DNA of 64,000 nucleotides from Eledone cirrhosa (taxonomy: Eukaryota). The stretch covers positions 351,168,001 to 351,232,000 of the forward strand of contig OZ024742.1 in assembly GCA_964016885.1 (NCBI GenBank). Reading direction: 5' to 3'. Shown here one piece after another: positions 14,352-26,874 of the stretch (the stretch's first letter is position 1; every line of letters begins with the position of its first letter). The position numbers and the translations under genes are program-made. The notes beneath the pieces are model-generated. The model was given only the letters and a program-made list of their open reading frames with translations. It had not been told where the DNA came from and searched no databases.

Positions 14352-16036
14352 ACTTCAAAGTCCGATATAGGTAGAATCAGTAAGTACATATTAGATCGTA
14401 TTATCCCCCAAGTTAAGGCTAAGGTAGATATTAAATTATGGGGTAATACTCAACAGGCAATAAGATGGTTCAATAACATTAGGGACAAAAACAAATCTTC
14501 TTTTATTCAATTCGATATAGATGAATACTATTCCTCTATTTCACCCGAAACCCTGCATAAGGCTCTCTCTTTCGCTAAGACTAACTCGGTCCTCACAAAC
14601 GAGGAAATTCATATTATACTTGAAGCTAGACGCACAGTAGTGCACTTTGAAAATACTTATTGGGTCCGCAGAGATAGACCCTCGGAATTCGACATTACGA
14701 AGGGTTCTAATGATTCGGCGGAGGTCACGGATCTGGTTGGGATCTATATAGCCCCAGACGCCAGAGCGAATTTACGGACCTCCACGGCGGAATATACCGC
14801 GACGATACACTTCTATTAGTCAAGAATATGAACAAAAAAAACATAGTAAGGCGACGTAAAAACATTAGGAAACTTTTCTTAGGACTAGGGCTTAATATTA
14901 CCTTCGAACACAATCTTAAGGTGGTCAACTTCTAGGATGTCACCTTCAACCTTATTAACAGTAATATAGAGCCATTTCACAAACTTAATGAAAATCTCAA
15001 GTACGTTAATGTAAAATCGAACCATCCCCATTCCATTATTAAATCTATCCCTAAAAATATATCCATAAGGATCTCCCGACTGTCGTCTAATTTGCAGACC
15101 TTCAACGAGCATGCTGAATATTATAATGACGCACTTAGAATTAGAAAAGCTGGTTACTGCGAGAAAATAGAATATCTAGACGATAACCACATAAGTACTA
15201 TGAATAAAACACATCTAAGTCGAACTAGTATTGCACCACACACACACATCAATAGGCATACTAATAGGTGCAAACCAGCAAATAGAGTCAGACGTAGAGA
15301 GTACATATGGTATAAGCCAGTGTAAAATACTTCAATTAGCACTAAGATTATCTCACAATTCTATACACTAATCAATAAACACTTTACAACTTCACATAAA
15401 TACTATAACATCTTTAACTCGCGCACCATTAGACTCTCATACTCCACTGCACCTAACATAGAACAACTAATTAAAAAACTCAACTCAGCAATACTAAATA
15501 AGTACATCCCTAATGACTCAGCGCACCAGCATAGCAACATACAACGCACTAACACGCAACTACAACCCCACCAAACTATCCAGGATTCTACTGCAAAACA
15601 TAAAAATAATTGTAACTGCACCAAACCAGGTACGTGCCCATTGAATAACCAGTGCCTAGCACGCAATATTGTCTACAGTTGTACAATAAATTCCGGAACC
15701 AACAAATGGTATTACGTCGGATGTACCGCAACTTCTTTCAAAGCTCGCCTATACCAACATCGATCTTCGATCAGGCACGAGAAAATGCGCTCCGTAACAA
15801 CCCTCGCCGATAAAACCTGGCAGCTCCGGAGGAACAATCAAGCATTTTCCCTTGATTGGCAAACTATTGCATCTGCGCCTGCATATAAGCAAAATCATCG
15901 ATTCTGAAAATTATGCAAATTGGAGATATACTGAATTTTAACGTCGGTAAACAAACTTTTGAACAGCAAAATTGAACGTTCACTATACTGTAACCATCGT
16001 TTGAAAACGACTTTTTCTTTTTTTAAATGCATATAA
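14352..16036 (+). pseudogene. PLE RT/GIY-YIG pseudogene, unit 1 (5'-truncated)
   Basis: SKSDIGRISK, FIQFDIDEYYSSI, YRDD (14795-14806), CNCTKPGTCPLNNQC, IVYSC..YVGCT; in-frame stops and frameshifts. Confidence 0.9.
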
Positions 16037-16763
16037 TGTTACCCTTTTACACCACCGTTTGTAAATTTTTGTTTATATGTTTATACACAAGATATGGCTT
16101 TCTATAATAATAGTAATAAACACTGTTTTCTGGACCCCTTTAGAAATAACCTGCTACTATAATAGCACCAATAACTTGTCTGTAACTCTGTACCACTTTG
16201 ACCCTTTAACTAAATTTTGTCCGAACAACACCACTAGAAGAATTTACTTCCCCCGCCAACCCTAACTCGCCTCATTAAGCTAACTGCTGCCAAAACATTC
16301 TCTCCTTACAATCTCTACTAGTCTGACAGTCTTAAATCCTAGGACTCCCTCCACCTTACTCACTTCCCTCTTCCCCTTCTCTTCCTACCTCCTTCTTTCT
16401 CTTTTATCTGGTGTATAAATTATTTTCATATCTTCCAATACAAAGGTCTGACGACATGGTTTGTTTGCTTACAGTGTACCTTCGGTTTAGATACTTTTTT
16501 TATATTATTCAAATAGCGAGGTATAGGTAACCCATACACTATATAAACAATTGTTACCTAATAAATTCTTTATACCCGCATTTCCATTTCATAAACTTCT
16601 CCATATTTTCTCCGGATTTTAAAACACACTTTATTATACGTTGAACAATCTCTGACGTCGGTTGACTCCATCTAATGCAACTACTTAGTAACATTGGAAT
16701 ACAACTTTACTAATTCTTCACACTCCTTTACAGTCGAGCAACCTATCAACCTACGTCTCTGAA

Positions 16764-19050
16764 ATGAAAAACCATCATTGTGGTATGTCCTTAAAAAATA
16801 TACCCATTCAGGGTAAACAAGAATACATTCTTGGTATGATACAAAGGACAAACGAATTTATTCGGCGGATTAGATGGAGGGCCTTCCACTTCGATAGGAA
16901 ACGGATTACACAAACTTCCGACACCAACAACGATAGGCTTGGTTTCAAATCCTACAAAAACCCACCCTCTAACCCTCTTTTGGATTCTTTCGAACAGGAC
17001 TTAATGAAAATGATAACCGGAATCAAATTTACAAACGGAAGGAAAAACGAACTGCAACGAGATATTAAAACTCTACTCGACAACCTAAGGAATACCAAAG
17101 GAATTATCATAAAAGCAGACAAAACATCGAATCTATACACCCTGGATGTAGAAACATATAATAATTTTATACGTAAGGAATTACATAGGAAGTACAAAAA
17201 AACAAAGGCAACTACACTAACCAACATTAATAACGCAGCATGTGATATTGTTAAGAAACTGAAAATTGACGACAGAACGGTACCCCTATCTCCAGCTACA
17301 CCGACTTTTAATCTGAGGACCATAAGGATAACTTCGATAGTAACCCTAAAATTAGATTAATATGTCCTTCAAAGTCCGATATAGGTAGAATCAGTAAGTA
17401 CATATTAGATCGTATTATCCCCCAAGTTAAGGCTAAGGTAGATATTAAATTATGGGGTAATACTCAACAGGCAATAAGATGGTTCAATAACATTAGGGAC
17501 AAAAACAAATCTTCTTTTATTCAATTCGATATAGATGAATACTATTCCTCTATTTCACCCGAAACCCTGCATAAGGCTCTCTCTTTCGCTAAGACTAACT
17601 CGGTCCTCACAAACGAGGAAATTCATATTATACTTGAAGCTAGACGCACAGTAGTGCACTTTGAAAATACTTATTGGGTCCGCAGAGATAGACCCTCGGA
17701 ATTCGACATTACGAAGGGTTCTAATGATTCGGCGGAGGTCACGGATCTGGTTGGGATCTATATAGCCCCAGACGCCAGAGCGAATTTACGGACCTCCACG
17801 GCGGAATATACCGCGACGATACACTTCTATTAGTCAAGAATATGAACAAAAAAAACATAGTAAGGCGACGTAAAAACATTAGGAAACTTTTCTTAGGACT
17901 AGGGCTTAATATTACCTTCGAACACAATCTTAAGGTGGTCAACTTCTAGGATGTCACCTTCAACCTTATTAACAGTAATATAGAGCCATTTCACAAACTT
18001 AATGAAAATCTCAAGTACGTTAATGTAAAATCGAACCATCCCCATTCCATTATTAAATCTATCCCTAAAAATATATCCATAAGGATCTCCCGACTGTCGT
18101 CTAATTTGCAGACCTTCAACGAGCATGCTGAATATTATAATGACGCACTTAGAATTAGAAAAGCTGGTTACTGCGAGAAAATAGAATATCTAGACGATAA
18201 CCACATAAGTACTATGAATAAAACACATCTAAGTCGAACTAGTATTGCACCACACACACACATCAATAGGCATACTAATAGGTGCAAACCAGCAAATAGA
18301 GTCAGACGTAGAGAGTACATATGGTATAAGCCAGTGTAAAATACTTCAATTAGCACTAAGATTATCTCACAATTCTATACACTAATCAATAAACACTTTA
18401 CAACTTCACATAAATACTATAAAATCTTTAACTCGCGCACCATTAGACTCTCATACTCCACTGCACCTAACATAGAACAACTAATTAAAAAACTCAACTC
18501 AGCAATACTAAATAAGTACATCCCTAATGACTCAGCGCACCAGCATAGCAACATACAACGCACTAACACGCAACTACAACCCCACCAAACTATCCAGGAT
18601 TCTACTGCAAAACATAAAAATAATTGTAACTGCACCAAACCAGGTACGTGCCCATTGAATAACCAGTGCCTAGCACGCAATATTGTCTACAGTTGTACAA
18701 TAAATTCCGGAACCAACAAATGGTATTACGTCGGATGTACCGCAACTTCTTTCAAAGCTCGCCTATACCAACATCGATCTTCGATCAGGCACGAGAAAAT
18801 GCGCTCCGTAACAACCCTCGCCGATAAAGCCTGGCAGCTCCGGAGGAACAATCAAGCATTTTCCCTTGATTGGCAAACTATTGCATCTGCGCCTGCATAT
18901 AAGCAAAATCATCGATTCTGAAAATTATGCAAATTGTAGATATACTGAATTTTAACGTCGGTAAACAAACTTTTGAACAGCAAAATTGAACGTTCACTAT
19001 ACTGTAACCATCGTTTGAAAACGACTTTTTCTTTTTTTAAATGCATATAA
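16764..19050 (+). pseudogene. PLE RT/GIY-YIG pseudogene, unit 2 (full length)
   Basis: SLKNIP, RRIRWRAFHF, IIKADKTSNLY; 1-bp deletion at the LKDHK motif (~17315); YRDD at 17809-17820; GIY-YIG domain; premature stops. Confidence 0.92.
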
Positions 19051-19780
19051 TGTTACCCTTTTACACCACCGTTTGTAAATTTTTGTTTATATGTTTATAC
19101 ACAAGATATGGCTTTCTATAATAATAGTAATAAACACTGTTTTCTGGACCCCTTTAGAAATAACCTGCTACTATAATAGCACCAATAACTTGTCTGTAAC
19201 TCTGTACCACTTTGACCCTTTAACTAAATTTTGTCCGAACAACACCACTAGAAGAATTTACTTCCCCCGCCAACCCTAACTCGCCTCATTAAGCTAACTG
19301 CTGCCAAAACATTCGCTCCTTACAATCTCTACTAGTCTGACAGTCTTAAATCCTAGGACTCCCTCCACCTTACTCACTTCCCTCTTCCCCTTCTCTTCCT
19401 ACCTCCTTCTTTCTCTTTTATCTGGTGTATAAATTATTTTCATATCTTCCAATACAAAGGTCTGACGACATGGCGTGTTTGCTTATAGTGTACCTTCGGT
19501 TTATGATAATATTTTTATATTATTCAAATAGCGAGGTATAGGTAACCCATACACTATAGAATCAATTGTTACCTAATAAATTCTTTATACCCGCATTTCC
19601 ATTTCATAAACTTCTTCTCCATATTTCTCCGGATTTTAAAACACACTTTATTATACGTTGAACAATCTCTGACGTCGGTTGACTCCATCTAATGCAACTA
19701 CTTAGTAACATTGGAATACAACTTTACTAATTCTTCACACTCCTTTACAGTCGAGCAACCTATCAACCTACGTCTCTGAA

Positions 19781-22067
19781 ATGAAAAACCATCATTGTGG
19801 TATGTCCTTAAAAAATATACCCATTCAGGGTAAACAAGAATACATTCTTGGTATGATACAAAGGACAAACGAATTTATTCGGCGGATTAGATGGAGGGCC
19901 TTCCACTTCGATAGGAAACGGATTACAAAAACTTCCGACACCAACAACGATAGGCTTGGTTTCAAATCCTACAAAAACCCACCCTCTAACCCTCTTTTGG
20001 ATTCTTTCGAACAGGACTTAATGAAAATGATAACCGGAATCAAATTTACAAACGGAAGGAAAAACGAACTGCAACGAGATATTAAAACTCTACTCAACAA
20101 CCTAAGGAATACCAAAGGAATTATCATAAAAGCAGACAAAACATCGAATCTATACACCCTGGATGTAGAAACATATAATAATTTTATACGTAAGGAATTA
20201 CATAGGAAGTACAAAAAAACAAAGGCAACTACACTAACCAACATTAATAACGCAGCATGTGATATTGTTAAGAAACTGAAAATTGACGACAGAACGGTAC
20301 CCCTATCTCCAGCTACACCGACTTTTAATCTGAGGACCATAAGGATAACTTCGATAGTAACCCTAAAATTAGATTAATATGTCCTTCAAAGTCCGATATA
20401 GGTAGAATCAGTAAGTACATATTAGATCGTATTATCCCCCAAGTTAAGGCTAAGGTAGATATTAAATTATGGGGTAATACTCAACAGGCAATAAGATGGT
20501 TCAATAACATTAGGGACAAAAACAAATCTTCTTTTATTCAATTCGATATAGATGAATACTATTCCTCTATTTCACCCGAAACCCTGCATAAGGCTCTCTC
20601 TTTCGCTAAGACTAACTCGGTCCTCACAAACGAGGAAATTCATATTATACTTGAAGCTAGACGCACAGTAGTGCACTTTGAAAATACTTATTGGGTCCGC
20701 AGAGATAGACCCTCGGAATTCGACATTACGAAGGGTTCTAATGATTCGGCGGAGGTCACGGATCTGGTTGGGATCTATATAGCCCCAGACGCCAGAGCGA
20801 ATTTACGGACCTCCACGGCGGAATATACCGCGACGATACACTTCTATTAGTCAAGAATATGAACAAAAAAAACATAGTAAGGCGACGTAAAAACATTAGG
20901 AAACTTTTCTTAGGACTAGGGCTTAATATTACCTTCGAACACAATCTTAAGGTGGTCAACTTCTAGGATGTCACCTTCAACCTTATTAACAGTAATATAG
21001 AGCCATTTCACAAACTTAATGAAAATCTCAAGTACGTTAATGTAAAATCGAACCATCCCCATTCCATTATTAAATCTATCCCTAAAAATATATCCATAAG
21101 GATCTCCCGACTGTCGTCTAATTTGCAGACCTTCAACGAGCATGCTGAATATTATAATGACGCACTTAGAATTAGAAAAGCTGGTTACTGCGAGAAAATA
21201 GAATATCTAGACGATAACCACATAAGTACTATGAATAAAACACATCTAAGTCGAACTAGTATTGCACCACACACACACATCAATAGGCATACTAATAGGT
21301 GCAAACCAGCAAATAGAGTCAGACGTAGAGAGTACATATGGTATAAGCCAGTGTAAAATACTTCAATTAGCACTAAGATTATCTCACAATTCTATACACT
21401 AATCAATAAACACTTTACAACTTCACATAAATACTATAAAATCTTTAACTCGCGCACCATTAGACTCTCATACTCCACTGCACCTAACATAGAACAACTA
21501 ATTAAAAAACTCAACTCAGCAATACTAAATAAGTACATCCCTAATGACTCAGCGCACCAGCATAGCAACATACAACGCACTAACACGCAACTACAACCCC
21601 ACCAAACTATCCAGGATTCTACTGCAAAACATAAAAATAATTGTAACTGCACCAAACCAGGTACGTGCCCATTGAATAACCAGTGCCTAGCACGCAATAT
21701 TGTCTACAGTTGTACAATAAATTCCGGAACCAACAAATGGTATTACGTCGGATGTACCGCAACTTCTTTCAAAGCTCGCCTATACCAACATCGATCTTCG
21801 ATCAGGCACGAGAAAATGCGCTCCGTAACAACCCTCGCCGATAAAGCCTGGCAGCTCCGGAGGAACAATCAAGCATTTTCCCTTGATTGGCAAACTATTG
21901 CATCTGCGCCTGCATATAAGCAAAATCATCGATTCTGAAAATTATGCAAATTGTAGATATACTGAATTTTAACGTCGGTAAACAAACTTTTGAACAGCAA
22001 AATTGAACGTTCACTATACTGTAACCATCGTTTGAAAACGACTTTTTCTTTTTTTAAATGCATATAA
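19781..22067 (+). pseudogene. PLE RT/GIY-YIG pseudogene, unit 3 (full length)
   Basis: Near-identical to unit 2 including the same lesions. Confidence 0.92.
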
Positions 22068-22772
22068 TGTTACCCTTTTACACCACCGTTTGTAAATTTT
22101 TGTTTATATGTTTATACACAAGATATGGCTTTCTATAATAATAGTAATAAACACTGTTTTCTGGACCCCTTTAGAAATAACCTGCTACTATAATAGCACC
22201 AATAACTTGTCTGTAACTCTGTACCACTTTGACCCTTTAACTAAATTTTGTCCGAACAACACCACTAGAAGAATTTACTTCCCCCGCCAACCCTAACTCG
22301 CCTCATTAAGCTAACTGCTGCCAAAACATTCTCTCCTTACAATCTCTACTAGTCTGACAGTCTTAAATCCTAGGACTCCCTCCACCTTACTCACTTCCCT
22401 CTTCCCCTTCTCTTCCTACCTCCTTCTTTCTCTTTTATCTGGTGTATAAATTATTTTCATATCTTCCAATACAAAGGTCTGACGACATGGCGTGTTTGCT
22501 TATAGTGTACCTTCGGTTTATGATAATATTTTTATATTATTCAAATAGCGAGGTATAGGTAACCCATACACTATAGAATCAATTGTTACCTAATAAATTC
22601 TTTATACCCGCATTTCCATTTCATAAACTTCTTCTCCATATTTCTCCGGATTTTAAACACACTTTACTATACGTTGAGCAATCTCTGACGTCGGTTGACT
22701 CCATCCAATGCAACTACTTAGTAACATTGGAATACAAATTTACTAATTCTATATATATATATATATATATAT

Positions 22773-23467
22773 AACGAAGAAGGTGTGGTAAGGAATCAGA
22801 TGGACCATAGCGCACCAGAGTACTCAATACTTAGGGTAGTAGACTGGGTAATAGGAACAAGTTTAACCCCGACGGCAGAGCTCAAGCCGTTTCGACGGCT
22901 ATTTCTTGACTAAATTAGAACTTTTAGCGTGGTAAATAAATAGCAGAACTTTTCAAGGGGTGATTCCTTATATGGGAAGATTGTAGTTGTCAAAAGGATT
23001 GGTCAACATTTCTTGTAAACACAATTAAATCTTTCATGGCAGTGGGTGATAGGTGGCGGTGGCTGATATTGTCTGTAGAAGGATGAGGGAGTGGATGTAG
23101 CCGGTCAAGCGTTGAAAGTGAATTCTATACAGCACATTCTAAGGAAAGTGTATGACAATAGGCTAGATAGGAAGAAGGTGAAAAAGGATTCTGATGAAAA
23201 AGAGAAGGGACGTTATAGAATAGGTAAATAAAATGATTTGTTCTACAGGCAAGTTCACCCACCACCACCTCCCACCCACTACCATGACAGATTTAATGGT
23301 GTTTAGAAGAAATTTTGACCAATCCTTTTGACAACTACAATCTTCCCGTATAAGGAATTACCCCTTGAATAGTTCTCCTATTTATTCACCACGCTAAAAA
23401 TTCTAATTTAGTCCAGAAATAGCCGTCAAAACGGCTTGAACTCTGTCGTCAGGGTTAAACTTTTCCT
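22773..23467 (-). mobile_element. Non-autonomous PLE-type foldback element (longest copy of the 'GTCCAG' family)
   Basis: Arms ~22852-23080 and 23241-23467 are inverted; left arm has an extra ~80-bp tail; (TA)n flanks. Confidence 0.8.
22866..22961 (-). ncRNA. Hammerhead ribozyme, U3-A8 core variant, extended stem II
   Basis: Minus strand ACCCC-TTGAAAA-GTTCT-GCTATTT..AAATAGC-CGTC-GAAAC-GGC..GCC-GTC-GGGGT; mutated mirror copy at 23360-23455. Confidence 0.6.
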
Positions 23468-23530
23468 ATATATATATATATATAGTTATAGGAATAACCA
23501 AAGAATGCTTAGAAATACAATGTTTTATTA

Positions 23531-23575
23531 GCTAACAGTGTTTCATCCATACACCATGGCAGGATTCTTCAGAGC
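23531..23575 (-). ncRNA. Type I hammerhead ribozyme
   Basis: Minus strand GCT-CTGAAGA-ATCC..GGAT-GAAAC-ACT-GTT-AGC-TAATAAA. Confidence 0.78.
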
Positions 23576-24971
23576 CTATAAACATGAGTATATCTGTAGC
23601 TGCATGCTCCATCGAGCTGCCTCACCAGAACAAGGTTAAATGACCAGCAGGGGGTCCCGAGGATAGCGCTATATGGAAAAAGACAGAATACATGATGCAC
23701 ATAATGTCATAAAATGCCTTAAAAATTAAAAAAATAAAAATTAAAAATTAAAAATTACACCAAAAATCTATCACTTAGATGATAAAGAGGTTGGGAGAGG
23801 GTAGCAAGGCATGAGTGAGGGTATTACTCAGCATGATCAGAAACAATCAGAAAATATAAGAAAATATAAGAAAATATAAGAAAATATAAGAAAATATAAG
23901 AAAATAAAAAAAAATAATAATAAAAAAGTACAAAAATGCAGAGATAAGAAAAGAGATAAATACAAACATACAAAACAATATTGAAACAAAAAGCCCGGAA
24001 CCCCCCCCCCCCCCCCAAACAAAATATAGATAAGACAAAGCATTGATGCATCAAAGCACAAATAGTGCAAAAAGAGGGTGTACAGGCAGATCAAGAGAGT
24101 TTGCAAGCATGAGTCTGTGAAAAGAATTGTTGGTTAACAGTAATGCAACCTTACATGTATGATAGTCGATATGTGGGATGGTGTACTCCAATTATATCGC
24201 CTTGTAACAGGTCGATTCTCCTTATCATATCCGCACCCTACGAACCATATAGATATGATCCAGTTCCGAACGCTAAGTGAGATAAAACTATTTTTCCAAA
24301 ACCTATACCCAGGGGATTTATCACAATCTACAATAAAAAATAAAAGAAGGTACTACGAGTTAAAGAAATGTATGGCACATATACAGCCGGCACAGATGTG
24401 AGGAAATGGAAAACATTCGGTCACTCAATCCAACGTGCCAGGTTAAATTCATTGTATGTCCAAGCTGGCGTTCAACCAATGTATCGCACCGCATACAACT
24501 GTACCACAGCAAATAAAAATCGTGATGGCCATCCCGTTACATACAGAGAAAAAGTGTATACAGGAAACTCCGCTTCCAGAATCACATATGGCAGAATGAG
24601 CATGTATTGTTATAATAATAGGCGGGTTTATTATAGTGTGCGCAAATTTCTGTAGAATATATAGATATATATAGAATGGACAACTGACAACCAAACCCGT
24701 CTATGGCAGCCATGTTATTTATATTTCCGCCACGTGGTTTTCGTTTAGATTATTAATCCCGAAGTGTGCAATCCATTCACAGCCTGGTGTGACCGCCTCC
24801 TGAGTCGGCGGAAGTTCGATATCCAGTGCTGCACTTTGCCTTGAGTGTGGTTCTATAATTCATCAAAGCTGGAACAGAATTCACATTCAACTAACTCCAA
24901 GTTTCAAAGATTCGTCTCTCACTATTGACACACAACCTATATATATATATAAGAGAGTATATATATATATA

Positions 24972-26050
24972 ACCGTTATTGACTGGGCATCCACTGAAGA
25001 GTTTATAAGTGGTCACTTGTGTATAAAACTAAGGATTATATACAAGTTTCTACATAACCTGCAAATTATGTATCCCAAATTGTAGAAATCTTATAATCGT
25101 CTAAAAGAAATGAGATATTTATTTTATAATGTCTCATATAAAATAATACAACCAATTATCCACGAAATACTGATTAGTTAGCACCCCAAACACTAAATTG
25201 GGATAATATTTAAGTATATCCTAATGTTTGTTGAGTGAGATGGTGTTGGTCCGAGTATCGTTTAAGGCTTTCTCTGTTTATGTATTGAATATATACTCTT
25301 GGGAGCATGATGTGGATTCCAGATATAAGGTATAAGGTATGACTCTCTTTATTATTATTATTTTTTATATGAAATACTGATTGATCTTCCTTATATCCCA
25401 TGTCTGATTTAGCCTTAGAGAATAGCTATGTGTATGTATGGGTGATCTATGCATATATTTATTGTTTTAATATCTCTTTGTGTGAATTAATTGTGAATAC
25501 ATGTGGTTATTCTTTTAAATTTCCAACTAAGTTCTTATACACGTGGTTATTACCTAACAGGTTTAATTGACCAGCGTGTATATTGTTTTATTTTAAGATA
25601 ACCTACTTTTACCCTTTTGGGGACAGCGTATATTTTTTTCTTTGAGAGAACTGGTGGGATATCATCTGATAGTCTCTTCTTAGCACTGAGGGAGACCATC
25701 ACAATTCTGTTAATGTCGATATAATTCTTATTTCGTTATTGACTGGGCATCCACTGATGAGTTTATAAGAGCCCGCTTGTGTATAAAATTATGGATTATA
25801 TACAAGATTCTACATAACTTGGAAATTATTTATCCCAAATTGTAAAAATCTTATAACGAAACGGCCGTCTGGGAGAGATGAGATATTTATTTTATAATGT
25901 CTCATATAAAATAATACAACCAATTATCCACGAAATACTGATTAGTTAGCACCCCAAGCACTAAATTGGGATAATACTTAGGTATATCCTAATGTTTGTT
26001 GAGTGAGATGGAGTTGGTTGGAGTATCGCTTAAGGCTTTCTCTGTTTATG

Positions 26051-26054
<4 letters not shown>
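24972..26054 (+). mobile_element. Retrozyme-like non-coding element: two ~320-bp direct repeats with hammerhead + ~450-bp spacer
   Basis: 24972-25285 is repeated at 25734-26054 (period 760); (TA)n flanks; relatives at 43320-43630 (-) and 57391-58620 (+). Confidence 0.78.
25751..25872 (+). ncRNA. Hammerhead ribozyme with branched stem II
   Basis: CCA-CTGATGA-GTTTATAAGA-[two hairpins]-TCTTATAAC-GAAAC-GGCC-GTC-TGG; the upstream copy (24991-25113) has lost GAAAC. Confidence 0.75.
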
Positions 26055-26114
<60 letters not shown>

Positions 26115-26116
<2 letters not shown>

Positions 26117-26780
26117 CGTTTCTGAATTTGTTTAGCAAGATTCTTTATCTGAAATCGTGTGTTGAAACTGATATCGTTATACTTTTGGAGGGTCATGTTG
26201 CCAATAAGAAACACACGCACCAGTTGCTTTCACTTCAATTTATTATATATTTATAAATTTATAAATTTATCAATTTTTAAATTTCTGGTTGGTTGGTTGG
26301 TTCCACAACCAGATAGTTGTTTATATATAGTCATAGTTCTTTAGTCACACACTCTGTGACCTCTTCAGTGACTGGGGATTCCTATCTTTGTTTCTGTGCC
26401 TCTCCTTTGTTCTGTCCTACGCCATTTTGTTTCTGTGTGTGTGTGTTGTGTGCTCAGTCTGCGCATGCGCCACATCCGGGTGTCTGTGTGTGTTTATGTT
26501 CATTTATTTATTTGTTTATTTACATGTTACTGGTTGGTTGTTTGTTCTATGTGTGTTTGTGTTTTCATTGTGTCCTTAATTGTAAGTTGTGATGTTGCTG
26601 TATATATAATATGTATATATAATATATATATGCTATGACTATATATAAACAACTATCTGGTTGTGGAACCAACCAACCAACCAGAAATTTATAAATTTAT
26701 AAATTTATAAATATATAATAAATTGAAGTAAACAACAGGTGCGTGTGTTTCTTTTTGGCAACATGACCCTCCCAAAGTAT

Positions 26781-26790
<10 letters not shown>
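26115..26790 (-). mobile_element. Non-autonomous foldback element, second family
   Basis: 26171-26335 is inverted at 26634-26790, with a ~55-bp tail on the left; smaller copy at 55344-55575. Confidence 0.8.
26329..26373 (-). ncRNA. Degenerate hammerhead ribozyme (G12 missing)
   Basis: Minus strand AGTCA-CTGAAGA-GGTCAC..GTGACT-AAAG-AA-CTA-TGACT. Confidence 0.55.

Positions 26791-26870
<80 letters not shown>

Positions 26871-26874
<4 letters not shown>

Larger units (their letters stand above)
13471..22750 (+). mobile_element. Composite PLE insertion: inverted 3' arm + EN fragment + three tandem ~3.0-kb units (first 5'-truncated)
   Basis: ORF track repeats with periods 3014 and 3017; 13471-14102 is the reverse complement of the unit 3' region; both ends run into (TA)n. 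Confidence 0.93.

Noticed and set aside
15905-15934. TGA at two Cys positions of the endonuclease, suggesting selenocysteine recoding as in some Naiad PLEs
   Set aside because: The same units carry TAG/TAA stops and frameshifts, the sister fragment has TGT/TGC, and no SECIS is evident; simple decay suffices.
24159-24694. Short ORFs as a possible gene
   Set aside because: No recognisable motifs; overlapping ORFs on both strands inside a repeat-like segment.
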